Positions 16,930-28,085 of a stretch of DNA of 64,000 nucleotides are shown one piece after another. Made by a program: the position numbers and the translations under genes. Under the pieces are notes generated by a model. It made no database searches. It was not told the origin of the DNA and was given only the letters and a program-made list of their open reading frames with translations. The stretch is from Candidatus Polarisedimenticolia bacterium. Its GTDB lineage: Bacteria; Chloroflexota; Limnocylindria; Limnocylindrales; CSP1-4. Numbering within the stretch: the stretch's first letter is position 1; every line of letters begins with the position of its first letter. Location: the NCBI GenBank assembly GCA_035649355.1, contig DASRJS010000103.1, forward strand, positions 768 to 64,767. Reading direction: 5' to 3'.

Positions 16930-18066
16930 TCAGCCGGGCAGGTCGCGCTCTGCCGGCCCGACGTAGCGGGCATCCGGCCGGATCAGCCGGTTGTTCGCCG
17001 CCTGCTCGAGGATGTGAGCCGTCCAACCGGCGTGGCGTGCGAGCGAGAACGTCGCCGGGAAGAGATCCGGCGTGAGGCCCACGCCCATGAGGACGGGCGC
17101 CGCGTAGTACTCGACGTTCGTCTTGAGCGCCCGATCCGGGTGGAGCTCGGCAAGCACCCGCAGCGCGACGTCCTCGACGGAAATCGCGAGGTCGAGCCAG
17201 TCCGGCCGGTGGGCCATCGACTCCGCGACCTTGCGGAGCGCTGCGGCGCGCGGGTCGTAGGCGCGGTAGACACGATGACCGAAGCCCATGAGCCGCTCGC
17301 CACGGGCGATCGCCGCTCGGACCCACTCCTCGGCGTGCTCCGGCGTGCCGACCTGGTGGATCTGCTCGACGACCTCGGACGGCGCCCCGCCGTGGAGCGG
17401 GCCCTTCATCGTGCCGATCGCACCGGTCACGGCCGACGCGATGTCGCTGCGGGTCGAGATGATGACCCGGGCGGTGAACGTCGACGCGTTCAGACCGTGC
17501 TCCGCGCCGACGATGAAGTACGCATCGAGGGCTCGCGCGGTGCCGGAGTCTGGGCGCTCGCCGGTGAGCTGGTAGAGGAAGCCGGGCACGAGGTCCAGCG
17601 ACGGGTCCGGGGCGACCGGCTCCTCGTCGGCCCGGATCCGGGCGAACGCGGCGAGGGCCGACGGCGAGAAGGCCGTCAGGGCCCGTGCCTGCTCGGCGGT
17701 TGGTGGCCACGTCAGGTCCTGCGTCGCGCCCCAGACCGAGACCGCGGTGCGCAGTGCGTCCATCGGCTTGGCCGAGCTCGGCAGGGCGTGGAGCGCCGTC
17801 AGGACGGCGTCAGGGATCGCCGCGGTCGGGAGGTGGTGGTTCGGGTCCCAGTCGCCGGTCCACAGGAGGTTCGCGACGGCGGGGAACGTGCCGTGTTCGA
17901 CGAGATCGCCGATCCGGTAGCCGCGGTACAGGAGCCGGCCGCGCTCACCGTCGACAAAGCCGAGGGCCGTCTCGGCGGCGACGATGCCCTCGAGACCGGG
18001 CGAATAGGGTTTCGGTTCCGCGGCTGGTGCCTCGGCAGTGGAGGCCGTGCCGGTCCCGCTCGTCAT
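16930..18066 (-). CDS. citrate synthase family protein (short about 375-aa type; citrate or 2-methylcitrate synthase)
   Basis: GFGHRVYRAYDPRA and GPLHGGA signature motifs; 378 aa. Confidence 0.9.
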   Translation of the reverse strand: MTSGTGTASTAEAPAAEPKPYSPGLEGIVAAETALGFVDGERGRLLYRGYRIGDLVEHGTFPAVANLLWTGDWDPNHHLPTAAIPDAVLTALHALPSSAKPMDALRTAVSVWGATQDLTWPPTAEQARALTAFSPSALAAFARIRADEEPVAPDPSLDLVPGFLYQLTGERPDSGTARALDAYFIVGAEHGLNASTFTARVIISTRSDIASAVTGAIGTMKGPLHGGAPSEVVEQIHQVGTPEHAEEWVRAAIARGERLMGFGHRVYRAYDPRAAALRKVAESMAHRPDWLDLAISVEDVALRVLAELHPDRALKTNVEYYAAPVLMGVGLTPDLFPATFSLARHAGWTAHILEQAANNRLIRPDARYVGPAERDLPG

Positions 18067-18085
18067 CGAGACGATGGTAGCCCGG

Positions 18086-18349
18086 TCAGCCCGATCGATC
18101 CGTGACGGCCCCGACGACGACGCGAACGACCACGGCTCCGACGAACGACACGATCACGGCACCGAGGAAGCCGGTCGGGTCGCCGAGCTCGAGCTGCTGG
18201 AAGAGCCAGCCGCCGACGATTCCGCCGAGGATGCCGACGAGGATGTTCGGAAGGCAGCCGCGGGCCTGCCGGCCCGGAACGACCATGCCCGACAGCCAGC
18301 CGCCGATGAGGCCGATGATGATCCAGCCGAAGGGCCCAAGCTCGCGCAT
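18086..18349 (-). CDS. GlsB/YeaQ/YmgE family stress-response membrane protein
   Basis: 87 aa; FGWIIIGLIGGWLSG...ILVGILGGIVGGWLF repeats typical of the family. Confidence 0.85.
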   Translation of the reverse strand: MRELGPFGWIIIGLIGGWLSGMVVPGRQARGCLPNILVGILGGIVGGWLFQQLELGDPTGFLGAVIVSFVGAVVVRVVVGAVTDRSG

Positions 18350-18361
18350 CGCTCCGGCAGT

Positions 18362-19180
18362 CTAGCCGTCGAGGAAGGTCATGACCGCGCGCACGAATTC
18401 GGGCGCATGCGTGTGGTGCGCGGCGTGGGCGGCGCCGTGAATCTCCACGACGCGGACGTCGTCGAGGCGGGTCGCCAGCCGCCTGGTGCCCTTGTGGAAC
18501 CACTCGACGCTCTCGCTGCCCTGGACGAGGAGCACCGGCTGAGCGACGCGCCCAAGGACGGCCAGCCCGGCGGGCGGCGAGGTCTCGGCCCGGAGCTCGC
18601 GAAGCAGCGTCCGCTCCGCGGCGGCGACCCGGTCCGGCCAGACGGGATTCGCGTGATAGGCGGCCAGGCCGGCGTCATCGAAGCCGACCTCGAGCCGAAG
18701 AAAGGCGTCGAGCATCCGGTCCGGCCGACCGGCGTTCACGTCGGCCTCGAGCCGTCCCAGCTGCGCGGTCGCGACGCGGCCGTTTCGAACATGAACGGGG
18801 GCGCCTTCGTATACGACCAGCCGCCTGATCAGGGGTGACCGAAGCGCCGCTCCCAGGCCGATCCGGCCCCCGTACGAATGACCGAGGACATCGACGCCAC
18901 CGTCCGCGTCGCGAGCGAGCGCCTCGACAACGGCCACGACGTCTTCGTATTCGCGTTCGATCGAATAGCTCGGCCCGTCGCTGCTCGTGCCCCGGCCACG
19001 CCGGTCAATCGAGAACACGGCGCGCGATCTGGCCAGGAGCGGCCCCGCGACGCGCCACGTCGTGTGATCCGAGGCCGTGCCGTGGACGAGGAGCAGCGGC
19101 CGCCGCGGGCCGGCCCGCCCGCCAAGGCTGAACACCGCGATCCCGGCGCCATCGGGCGCGGCGACGAGGCGTGGCTCCAC
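18362..19180 (-). CDS. alpha/beta hydrolase
   Basis: PLLLVHG oxyanion region and GHSYGG nucleophile elbow. GTG 19180 lies 5 nt after the pgl stop. The upstream part of ORF 18362..19429 overlaps pgl and is rejected. Confidence 0.75.
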   Translation of the reverse strand: MEPRLVAAPDGAGIAVFSLGGRAGPRRPLLLVHGTASDHTTWRVAGPLLARSRAVFSIDRRGRGTSSDGPSYSIEREYEDVVAVVEALARDADGGVDVLGHSYGGRIGLGAALRSPLIRRLVVYEGAPVHVRNGRVATAQLGRLEADVNAGRPDRMLDAFLRLEVGFDDAGLAAYHANPVWPDRVAAAERTLLRELRAETSPPAGLAVLGRVAQPVLLVQGSESVEWFHKGTRRLATRLDDVRVVEIHGAAHAAHHTHAPEFVRAVMTFLDG

Positions 19181-19185
19181 GGGCG

Positions 19186-19935
19186 TCAGCGAGTCAGCGG
19201 AGCGGCGGCGTCGTCGAGGAGCCACGTGGCGCCCGAACGGCGAGCGGTCTGTGCCGGCAGTGCTCGAGCGTCGACTCGATCGCCGAAGACGCGGGCGACA
19301 GGTTCGGCCTTCGAGTCGCCTGTGGCGACCACGAGGAGCCGTGGCGTGACACGGAGCGTTTCGGGGTGGAGCGTCACCCGGCGCACGTGCGGCTCCACGT
19401 GTGTCGGCGCCTCGACGCCCATCGCCCACGCCGCCGCGTCCCAGGCGGGCGAGCCGGGAAACACGGACAGCACGTGGCCGTCGGTCCCGATGCCGAGGAA
19501 GAACATGTCGAACGCGGGCCAGCCGTCAACCACCTCGAGCTCGCCCGCCGCGACGGCCGCACGGAGCTCCGCCTCGTAGCGCGCCGCGGCCCAGGACGGC
19601 TCGCGAGCCTCGCCGATCGCCTCGCCCGTCGGGAACGCATGGACGTTCTCGATCGGGATCATCACGCCGGCTTCGATGCCGGTCGCGATGTCGATGCCGC
19701 TCTCGCCGCTGCCTGACTGGCCGGCGTAAGCCCCGAACGCGACGAGCCCCTGGTCGACCGGCAGGACGTTGGAGAGCGGATGGTCGCGCGGCACGAAGCG
19801 GTCGTCGCCGAACCAGACGTGGACGGCGTGCCACGGGACGCTCTCCCTGTGCGGCCCTTCGGCGAGCCGCCGGTACAGGCCCGGTGCCGTGGAGCCGCCG
19901 GTCGTTGCCCAGTTCGCCCGGCCCCGCCGGTCCAC
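19186..19935 (-). CDS. pgl: 6-phosphogluconolactonase (minimum extent; true start probably upstream, see findings)
   Basis: TTGGSTAP, WFGDDRFV and GIGTDGHVLSVFPGSP motifs. Homology-like sequence (EVLVLPTADAALDAAADAIARGLAEAV) continues upstream of the first canonical start (GTG 19935). Confidence 0.85.
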   Translation of the reverse strand: MDRRGRANWATTGGSTAPGLYRRLAEGPHRESVPWHAVHVWFGDDRFVPRDHPLSNVLPVDQGLVAFGAYAGQSGSGESGIDIATGIEAGVMIPIENVHAFPTGEAIGEAREPSWAAARYEAELRAAVAAGELEVVDGWPAFDMFFLGIGTDGHVLSVFPGSPAWDAAAWAMGVEAPTHVEPHVRRVTLHPETLRVTPRLLVVATGDSKAEPVARVFGDRVDARALPAQTARRSGATWLLDDAAAPLTR

Positions 19936-20033
19936 GGCTTCGGCGAGCCCGCGCGCGATGGCGTCTGCCGCGGCGTCGAGGGCGGCGTCGGCCGTCGGGA
20001 GGACGAGGACCTCCGGCTCGCCCGGATCCCCGC

Positions 20034-21200
20034 TCAGTGGGCCGCTCCCGCCAGCGTCGCCGCGCCGCGGATGGCCGCCCGCGAGATCGAGTCGCTGCCG
20101 ACGGTCTCGATCGTCTCGGCGATGAGGTCCGGATCGGTCCGGCGATGCGCGAGGAACCGCCGCTCGATCCGCGGCCCGCCTTCCGGCTCGGCAACCACCA
20201 CGACGCCCTCGCCGTCTGCCGTCACGTCGACGTCGAGCATCCGGTCGTTGCGTTCGGCGACGAGACGGACCTTCAGCGTGGTGCCGGCGGACCAGGCCGA
20301 TTCCTGCGGCTGGAGCCGAACGGCAACGTGGTGGCCGCGTGCCTTGAGCCGTGCTCGGTAGCCACCTTCAGCCACGGCCCTGAGCGGCTGCTCGACGACG
20401 AGGCCCAGCCGCGACTGCAGCCACGCGACGTGGTACAGCGGCTTGACGACGTTCGCCTCCGCGCCCTCGTGGCTGGCATAGAAGACGGAGATCGAACGGA
20501 TCGACCGGACGAAGGGCATCAGGTCGGGCAGGTCGAACACCGAGGCGATCGCTTCGCGCCAGCGCGACTGCCGCAGCAGCGCGAGATCGACCACGTCCAG
20601 GCGTTCGTCCTCGACGAGCTCGGCCAGCTTCGCCAGGCGCCCCAGGCCGTCGCCGGACCAGCTCGAGCCGTCGATGACGACCCGGTCGGCGAGCTCGAAG
20701 AGGTCGCGCGTCATCGGCAGTCCCAGTGGCGTGTCGCCCGGCCACCAGACCGTCACCGGCAGGTCGTGGACGAGGAGCGGCGCGACGACCGCGTTCAGGT
20801 GACGTCCCGATTCCCCACCCACCGTCAGGTAGATGAGCTCGATGCACGTCTCCGAGGCGTCCGGCCGCGGCAGCATGCACTGCGCCTGGATCCGGGCGTC
20901 GAGCCATGACGGCCCGTCCGGATCAGCGGGCGAGACGATCAGCGTCCGTGATGGATGCCGGCCGGCGAGGTGCGTGATCACCGAGGCCGCGTGCTCGCCG
21001 AGCTCCGGGCGGCGCGCGATGATCACGAGGTTGAGGACGCTCGTCCGGGCGCTGACGCGGCGCTCCTCGCCGCCCTCGCCTTCGACGGTCAGCTTCGTCG
21101 AGGCCCAGATCTTCGAAAGCTCGGCTTCGATCGCCCCAACCGTCTGGGCCCGGCTCGACCAGCGGAGGTTCGTGACCGGGGCAGTCGTGTCGATGTCCAT
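20034..21200 (-). CDS. opcA: glucose-6-phosphate dehydrogenase assembly protein OpcA
   Basis: Position between zwf and pgl; MDIDTTAPVTNLRWSS...IEAELSKIW N-terminus typical of OpcA. ATG 21200 shares 1 nt with the zwf TGA. Confidence 0.85.
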   Translation of the reverse strand: MDIDTTAPVTNLRWSSRAQTVGAIEAELSKIWASTKLTVEGEGGEERRVSARTSVLNLVIIARRPELGEHAASVITHLAGRHPSRTLIVSPADPDGPSWLDARIQAQCMLPRPDASETCIELIYLTVGGESGRHLNAVVAPLLVHDLPVTVWWPGDTPLGLPMTRDLFELADRVVIDGSSWSGDGLGRLAKLAELVEDERLDVVDLALLRQSRWREAIASVFDLPDLMPFVRSIRSISVFYASHEGAEANVVKPLYHVAWLQSRLGLVVEQPLRAVAEGGYRARLKARGHHVAVRLQPQESAWSAGTTLKVRLVAERNDRMLDVDVTADGEGVVVVAEPEGGPRIERRFLAHRRTDPDLIAETIETVGSDSISRAAIRGAATLAGAAH

Positions 21201-22858
21201 CAGATCCGCCGCCAGTGCTGGCCGTCGCGTTCGATGAGCGCGTCGGCTTCCTCCGGGCCCCAGGACCCCGCGGCGTAGTTCGGGAACTCCGGCGGCGGGC
21301 CGCTCTCCCAGGACTCGAGGATCGGCGTCGCGATCCGCCACGCCGCCTCCACTTCGTCCGCGCGGGTGAACAGGGATGCGTCGCCGAGCATCGCGTCGAG
21401 GATCAGCGTCTCGTAGGCGTCCGGGGAGTCCGTCGAGAACGCCGAGCCGTACGTGAAGTCCATGGTCACGGTTCGAATGTCCAGCCCGAGGCCCGGCACC
21501 TTGGAGCCGAAACGCAGCAGGATCCCCTCGTCCGGCTGGACGCGGATCGCGAGGAGGTTCGGCTCCGGATCCCCGGCCGTTTCACGGAAGAGCCGATGGG
21601 GAACGGCCCGGAACTGGATCGCGATCTCGGATGCCCGCTTCGGCAGGCGCTTGCCCGTGCGAAGGTAGAAGGGCACGCCGGACCAGCGCCAATCATCGAT
21701 CTCGAAGCGCGCGGCGACGAATGTCTCGGTTTCGGACTGCGGGTCGATCTCCTGCTCCTCGCGATAGCCGGGCACCGGCTTCGCCTCCACCCAGCCCGGG
21801 CCGTACTGGCCGCGAATGACGTCGCGCTCCACTTCCTCGGGCGTCGGCTCGCCAATCGCGCGCAGGACCTTGACCTTCTCGTCGCGGAGCGCGTCCGCCT
21901 CGAAGGTCGCAGGTGGCTCCATCGCGACGAGCGTCAGGAGCTGGAGCAGGTGATTCTGGAGGATGTCCCGGACCGCACCGGTCTCCTCGTAGAACGCGCC
22001 GCGGCCCTCGACGCCGAGCGACTCGGCGACGGTGATCTGCACGTGGTCGACGTAGCGGCGGTTCCAGAGCGGCTCGAAGATGCCGTTGCCGAACCGGAAG
22101 ACGAGCAGGTTCCGGACGGTTTCCTTCCCGAGGTAGTGGTCGATGCGGTAGACCTGCGACTCGCGGAAGACCTTGCCGACCTCGCGGTTCAGCCGCTTCG
22201 CCGAGTCCAGGTCCCGGCCGAACGGCTTCTCGATGACGATCCGGCGCCAGCCGCCGCCGTGGATCTCGTGATCGAGCCCGCAGCGCCCGAGCTGGGCGAC
22301 GACGACAGGAAACGCGGTCGACTGCGTCGCGAGGTAGAACACGACATTGCCCAGCGTGCCGTGCTCGCGCTCGCAGGTCGCGAGGCGCTCGGCGAGCCGA
22401 TCGAACGCGGCGTCCTCGCCGAAGTCACCCATGTGGTAGTCGATGCGCTCGAGGAACGGCTCCACGCGCGCCGGCTCGGGCTTGACCCGGCTGTACAGCT
22501 CGAGCGCCTTGCGGACGTCGGCCCGGAAGCTCTCGTCGTTGAACGGCCGCCGTCCGAACGCGACGAGCCGCCACTCGTGCGGCAGGAGGTCCGTCCGCCA
22601 GAGCTGGTAGAGCGCCGGATAGACCTTGCGATGGCAGAGGTCGCCCGTCGCTCCGAACAGGACGAAGACGTGGGCGTCGGGCATCCGCTCCAGGCGGAGG
22701 CCGGCCCGGAGCGGGTTCGACGCCGCCTTCGTCCGACGCCGCGGGCGCTCCTTATGGGCGAGCCGCAGCTCGCGGATCGTGCGCGGCTCTTCGGTCGCCG
22801 CCTTCGCGGGGGCCGCCTTCGCGGGGGTCGCCTTCGCGGGCGCCGCCTTCGTCGTCAC
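21200..22858 (-). CDS. zwf: glucose-6-phosphate 1-dehydrogenase with PAKA-repeat N-terminal extension
   Basis: FVLFGATGDLCHRKVYPAL, RIDHYLGKE, EKPFG motifs; the NPLR element precedes the Rossmann fold. ATG 22858 lies 16 nt after the gnd stop. Confidence 0.9.
   Translation of the reverse strand: MTTKAAPAKATPAKAAPAKAATEEPRTIRELRLAHKERPRRRTKAASNPLRAGLRLERMPDAHVFVLFGATGDLCHRKVYPALYQLWRTDLLPHEWRLVAFGRRPFNDESFRADVRKALELYSRVKPEPARVEPFLERIDYHMGDFGEDAAFDRLAERLATCEREHGTLGNVVFYLATQSTAFPVVVAQLGRCGLDHEIHGGGWRRIVIEKPFGRDLDSAKRLNREVGKVFRESQVYRIDHYLGKETVRNLLVFRFGNGIFEPLWNRRYVDHVQITVAESLGVEGRGAFYEETGAVRDILQNHLLQLLTLVAMEPPATFEADALRDEKVKVLRAIGEPTPEEVERDVIRGQYGPGWVEAKPVPGYREEQEIDPQSETETFVAARFEIDDWRWSGVPFYLRTGKRLPKRASEIAIQFRAVPHRLFRETAGDPEPNLLAIRVQPDEGILLRFGSKVPGLGLDIRTVTMDFTYGSAFSTDSPDAYETLILDAMLGDASLFTRADEVEAAWRIATPILESWESGPPPEFPNYAAGSWGPEEADALIERDGQHWRRI
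22795..22853. repeat. 15-nt tandem repeat x4 (GCCGCCTTCGCGGGG-like), encoding the PAKA(A/T) repeats of the Zwf N-terminus
   Basis: Seen directly; corresponds to KAAPAKATPAKAAPAKAA on the minus strand. Confidence 0.8.
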
Positions 22859-22874
22859 GCCGGACGCCTGGCTC

Positions 22875-23774
<900 letters not shown>

Positions 23775-23787
23775 TCGAGGCCTCCTG

Positions 23788-25464
23788 TCAGGGAGTGAGG
23801 GCGCGTTCGAGCGCCCAGTCGAGCCGCTCGAGGCCGGCTTCGACATCCGGCCCAAGGTCGATCCGAAGGATGGGCAAGTTGTGGTCGGCGATGGCGCCGA
23901 AGTCGCCGGCGGCCTGGGCGTCGATGAGCTGGCCAAACGTATAGGGCCAGCCGGGGATGTCGCGGTCATGACGATGCTCGCTCGTCAGCTGGAGGAACCA
24001 GCCGATCGGCGCGCCGCCCTTGTGGAGCTGGCCGGTGGAGTGGAGGAAGCGCGGGCCGTAGCCCGTGGTCGTCGCGCTTCGAGTTGCCTCGCGCAGGCGC
24101 CGCCGGATCCGCGAGATTGCCGCATCGGCCGCGTCGCTCCGGGCGACGAACGCCTGGATCGCGAGGTACGCGTTGTCGCGCCGGCGACCGAGGTGATCGC
24201 GCAGCTCGCCGACGAACGCGGCGTCGTTGACGCTCATCGCGGTGCGATCGGCCAACGGTGTCGTCCGGTCGTCATCGGCGTGAGCGAGCAGCTTTCGAGT
24301 CCGCTCCTTCGCCTCTTCGACGTTCGGCTGGTCGAAGGGATCGATCCGCAGCGCCGCGCCGGCGATCGCGGTCGCGACCTCCCAGCGGACGAACTCGCCG
24401 CCGATGTCCATCGGGTCCTCGAGCTCGATCCTGACGACAGGATGGCCTGCTGCCTCGAGGGCGTCGATCGTCATGTCGCCGGGGTGCGGCTCGGAGCCGG
24501 CGAGGCGGAGGCGGACGAAGACCCGGTCGTCAGCGTAGTCATCGACGTCGCCCAGGGGCTCCGCGTCGACCGGGACGATTCCGACGCCGTGCTTGCCCGT
24601 GCTCTCGGCGATCAGCTGCTCGAGCCACGCCCCGAGTGACGCCACGCCCGGGTCGGCGAAGAACGTCAGCTTGTCGCGGCCGGCGTAGGCGTGGTAGCCG
24701 ATCGTGAGGCCGAGGCTGACGCCAGGGTTGTCCGCCGGATCCGGCTCTGAGCAGCGACCCAGCATCGCGGCGGCTGACGAGAGGAGCGCGTCGAGGTCGA
24801 GGCCGATCAGCGATGCCGGGATGAGCCCGACGTACGTCAGCGCGCTGTAGCGCCCGCCGATGTCGGGCGGGTTGAGGAAGACCTCGCGCAGACGATCGTG
24901 GTGCGGGATCGATTCGACGCTCCGGCCCGGGTCCGTGATCGCGACGACGAAGTCGCCCGGCTGCTGGGGCGAGTCGCGAAGCTCGAGCGCGCCTTCGACG
25001 CGCTGCCACGCGTCTGCCAGGAAGGCGAGCGGTTCGGTCGTCGTGCCGGACTTCGAGGCGACGATCCAGAGGGTCGCGAGCGGGTCGAGGTCATCGACGG
25101 TTCGCGAAACCGCGACGGGGTCGGTCGAATCGAGGATCCGCAGGTCGAGCCACCCCTCGCCAGTCCCGAAGGTGCGATGGAGCACGTCCGGCGCCAGGCT
25201 CGAGCCGCCCATGCCCATGACGACCGCGGTCGTGAAGCCGGCGTCGCGGATCCCGTCGCCGAAGCCCTCGAGCGCGGCGATCTGCTCACGGAAATGCCGC
25301 GGCGCATCGAGCCAGCCGAGGCGTTGCGAGATGGTCTCGCGGACCCGCGGGTCGGTCGACCACAGGCTGGTGTCGCGATCCATGAGGCGTTCGGCCCAGC
25401 GCTCGCGCCGCGCCCGCTCAAACGCACCGGCGAGGCCGGTCAGCTCCGGCGGCGGCATCGCCAT
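23788..25464 (-). CDS. pgi: glucose-6-phosphate isomerase (PGI domain of the actinobacterial/cyanobacterial type)
   Basis: VVMGMGGSSLAPDV, SKSGTTTEP and GGRYSALT SIS-domain motifs; 558 aa. Confidence 0.88.
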   Translation of the reverse strand: MAMPPPELTGLAGAFERARRERWAERLMDRDTSLWSTDPRVRETISQRLGWLDAPRHFREQIAALEGFGDGIRDAGFTTAVVMGMGGSSLAPDVLHRTFGTGEGWLDLRILDSTDPVAVSRTVDDLDPLATLWIVASKSGTTTEPLAFLADAWQRVEGALELRDSPQQPGDFVVAITDPGRSVESIPHHDRLREVFLNPPDIGGRYSALTYVGLIPASLIGLDLDALLSSAAAMLGRCSEPDPADNPGVSLGLTIGYHAYAGRDKLTFFADPGVASLGAWLEQLIAESTGKHGVGIVPVDAEPLGDVDDYADDRVFVRLRLAGSEPHPGDMTIDALEAAGHPVVRIELEDPMDIGGEFVRWEVATAIAGAALRIDPFDQPNVEEAKERTRKLLAHADDDRTTPLADRTAMSVNDAAFVGELRDHLGRRRDNAYLAIQAFVARSDAADAAISRIRRRLREATRSATTTGYGPRFLHSTGQLHKGGAPIGWFLQLTSEHRHDRDIPGWPYTFGQLIDAQAAGDFGAIADHNLPILRIDLGPDVEAGLERLDWALERALTP

Positions 25465-25465
25465 G

Positions 25466-25921
25466 TCAGTCGGCAGCCTCGATCGCGAGGACCTTGGCGA
25501 GTCGTCGCTTGTGGCGAGGCTCGCCGCTGAACATCGCGTTGAGAAAGGCGATCGCGCACTCGAACGCGAGCTCCGGCCCGATCACCCGCGAGCCGAGCGT
25601 CAGGACGTTCATATCGTCATGCTCGACGCCCTGGTGGGCGGAGTAGGTGTCGTGGCAGACCGCGGCGCGGACGCCGCGGATCTTGTTCGCGGCGACCGAT
25701 GCGCCGACGCCCGACCCGCAGATGAGGATGCCGCGCTCGGCACGGCCGTCGCGGATCGCGTTGCCGAGGGCCTGCGCGAAGTCCGGGTAGTCGTCGTTCG
25801 GGTCCGAGCCGTCGCCGCCGAGGTCGAGCCACTCGTGGGCGAGGCCGGCAGCACCGAGGCGGCGCAGGAGCTCTGCCTTGAGCGCGGCCCCGGCGTGATC
25901 GGCCGAGAAGGCGACCTTCAC
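25466..25921 (-). CDS. rpiB: ribose-5-phosphate isomerase B
   Basis: [10 protein letters not shown]...[14 protein letters not shown] motifs; GTG start overlaps the tkt stop (GTGA). Confidence 0.9.
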   Translation of the reverse strand: MKVAFSADHAGAALKAELLRRLGAAGLAHEWLDLGGDGSDPNDDYPDFAQALGNAIRDGRAERGILICGSGVGASVAANKIRGVRAAVCHDTYSAHQGVEHDDMNVLTLGSRVIGPELAFECAIAFLNAMFSGEPRHKRRLAKVLAIEAAD

Positions 25922-28053
25922 TTCGGCGGAGGGATTTCGTGGCCGAGATGGAGGCCGGCGGGCTGGTGACCTGGGTCGACGGTCGGGATCCGGCCGCGCA
26001 GCTGACCCATCGCCACCTTCCGGGCGACGTCGGTCACCCGTTCGACCGTGAAGCCGAGGTGCTCAAAGATCGCAGCGGCCGGTGCCGAGGCTCCGAAGTG
26101 GTCGACGCCGATGATCGCGCCCTCGTCGCCGACCCAGCGCTCCCAGCCGAGCGTTGCCCCGGCCTCGACCGACACCCGCTTCGTGACCGCCGGCGGCAGC
26201 ACGTTGTCGCGATAGGCCTCGTCCTGCACCTCGAACGTCTCCCAGCACGGGAGCGACACGACGCGCGCGGGCACCCCGTCGGCCTCGAGCGCCTCCGCGG
26301 CCCTGAACGCCAAGTGGAGCTCCGAGCCGGTGCCGATCAGGACGACTGCGGGAAGGCCGCCGCCGTCTTCGTTCGAGGCCTTCCGGAGGACATAGCCGCC
26401 GCGCCTCACGCCCTCGCGTGCGAGCGCGTCCGTACCGGGGAGCGTCGGCAGCTTCTGGCGCGTGAGCGACAGGGCAACCGGACCCTCGGTCCGCTCGACA
26501 GCGAGCGCCCAGGCCGCGGCCGCCTCATTGGCATCGCCCGGCCGGACGAACCACAGGTTCGGCATCGCCCGAAGGGCGGCGTAGTGCTCGATCGGCTGGT
26601 GCGTCGGGCCGTCCTCGCCGAGGCCGATCGAGTCATGCGTCCAGACATAGATCACGTGCAGGCCGGCGAGCGCCGCGAGGCGGACGGAGCCGCGCATGTA
26701 GTCGCTGAAGTTCAGGAAGGTGCCCGCGTACGGGATGAAGCCGCCGTGGTAGGCGATCCCGTTGGCGACGCCGCCCATCGCGTGCTCTCGGACGCCGAAC
26801 CGCAGATTTCGCCCCGGGTGGTCGGCTTCGAAATGGTCGTGGCCGTTGGCCTTGACGTCCGTGAGGTTCGACTCCGAGAGGTCCGCCGCCCCACCGAACA
26901 GTTCTGGCAGCGGCGCCGCCAGCGCCTGGATCGCCTCCTGGCTCGCGTTCCGTGTCGCCAGCTCGACGCCGGTTTCGTAGGTCTTGAGCCCGCTGTCCCA
27001 GCCCTCCGGCAGCCGACGTCCGTTCCGTCGCTTCAGCTCGCGCGCCGCCTCCGGAAATGCGGCCTCGTACGCCAGGAACCGCCCGTGCCACTCCGCCACA
27101 CGGTCCGCGCCGGCAGGCACGGCCGTGCGGAACAAGTCCAGCGCCTCGTCCGGGATGAAGAACTGCTTGTCCGGATCCCAGCCGTAGGCCTCCTTGACGA
27201 GCCGGACCTCGTCCTCGCCCAGCGGCGAGCCGTGGGCCTTTTGCGTGTCCTGCTTGTTCGGTGAGCCGTAGCCGATGTGGGTCCGGACGGCGATCAGCGA
27301 CGGCCGCTCCTCCGTCCTCGCCGTCTCGAGCGCGGCGGCGATGGCAGCGGTGTCATTGCCGTCCTCGACGCGCGCCGTGTGCCAGCGGTAGGCATCGAAC
27401 CGCTCGAGGACGTTTTCGGACCAGGCCCAATCCGTCGGCCCGTCGAGCTGGATGTGGTTGTCGTCATACAAGAAGACGAGCTTGTGGAGCTTGAGGTGGC
27501 CGGCGAGCGACGCCGCCTCGGCCGCGACGCCCTCCTGGAGGTCGCCGTCGGAGCAGATGCCGTACGTCCAGTGGTCGATGAGCTCGTGGCCGGGCCGGTT
27601 GAACTCCGCGGCGAGGCGCCGCTCCGCGATCGCCATCCCCACGGCGTTGGCGAAGCCCTGGCCGAGCGGCCCGGTGGTCGCCTCGACCCCCGGTGCGAGG
27701 CCGTACTCCGGGTGGCCCGGCGTCTTCGAGCCCCACTGGCGGAAGCGCTTCAGCTCGTCGAGCGACAGGTCATAGCCGGTGAGGTGGAGGAGCGAGTAGA
27801 GGAGCATGCTCGCGTGCCCGGCCGAGAGGACGAAGCGGTCGCGATTCGGCCAGTCAGGATGCTTCGGTGAGTGGTGCAGGAACTGCGTCCAGAGCACGTA
27901 GGCCATCGGCGCGGCGCCCATCGGGGCCCCCGGATGACCCGAGTTGGCGGCCTGGACGCCGTCGATGGAGAGCGTCCGGATCGTGTCGATCGCGAGGCGC
28001 TCGAGGCGGGCGCTCTCCACGCGATCGACGACGGGCACGGTCATCCCGGCCAT
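25918..28053 (-). CDS. tkt: transketolase
   Basis: [19 protein letters not shown] (TPP motif), [16 protein letters not shown]; 711 aa. Start is ATG 28053 or ATG 28044. Confidence 0.93.
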   Translation of the reverse strand: MAGMTVPVVDRVESARLERLAIDTIRTLSIDGVQAANSGHPGAPMGAAPMAYVLWTQFLHHSPKHPDWPNRDRFVLSAGHASMLLYSLLHLTGYDLSLDELKRFRQWGSKTPGHPEYGLAPGVEATTGPLGQGFANAVGMAIAERRLAAEFNRPGHELIDHWTYGICSDGDLQEGVAAEAASLAGHLKLHKLVFLYDDNHIQLDGPTDWAWSENVLERFDAYRWHTARVEDGNDTAAIAAALETARTEERPSLIAVRTHIGYGSPNKQDTQKAHGSPLGEDEVRLVKEAYGWDPDKQFFIPDEALDLFRTAVPAGADRVAEWHGRFLAYEAAFPEAARELKRRNGRRLPEGWDSGLKTYETGVELATRNASQEAIQALAAPLPELFGGAADLSESNLTDVKANGHDHFEADHPGRNLRFGVREHAMGGVANGIAYHGGFIPYAGTFLNFSDYMRGSVRLAALAGLHVIYVWTHDSIGLGEDGPTHQPIEHYAALRAMPNLWFVRPGDANEAAAAWALAVERTEGPVALSLTRQKLPTLPGTDALAREGVRRGGYVLRKASNEDGGGLPAVVLIGTGSELHLAFRAAEALEADGVPARVVSLPCWETFEVQDEAYRDNVLPPAVTKRVSVEAGATLGWERWVGDEGAIIGVDHFGASAPAAAIFEHLGFTVERVTDVARKVAMGQLRGRIPTVDPGHQPAGLHLGHEIPPPK

Positions 28054-28085
28054 CGTAGCGAAGGGCGCCGGGTACCATCGCGAAC

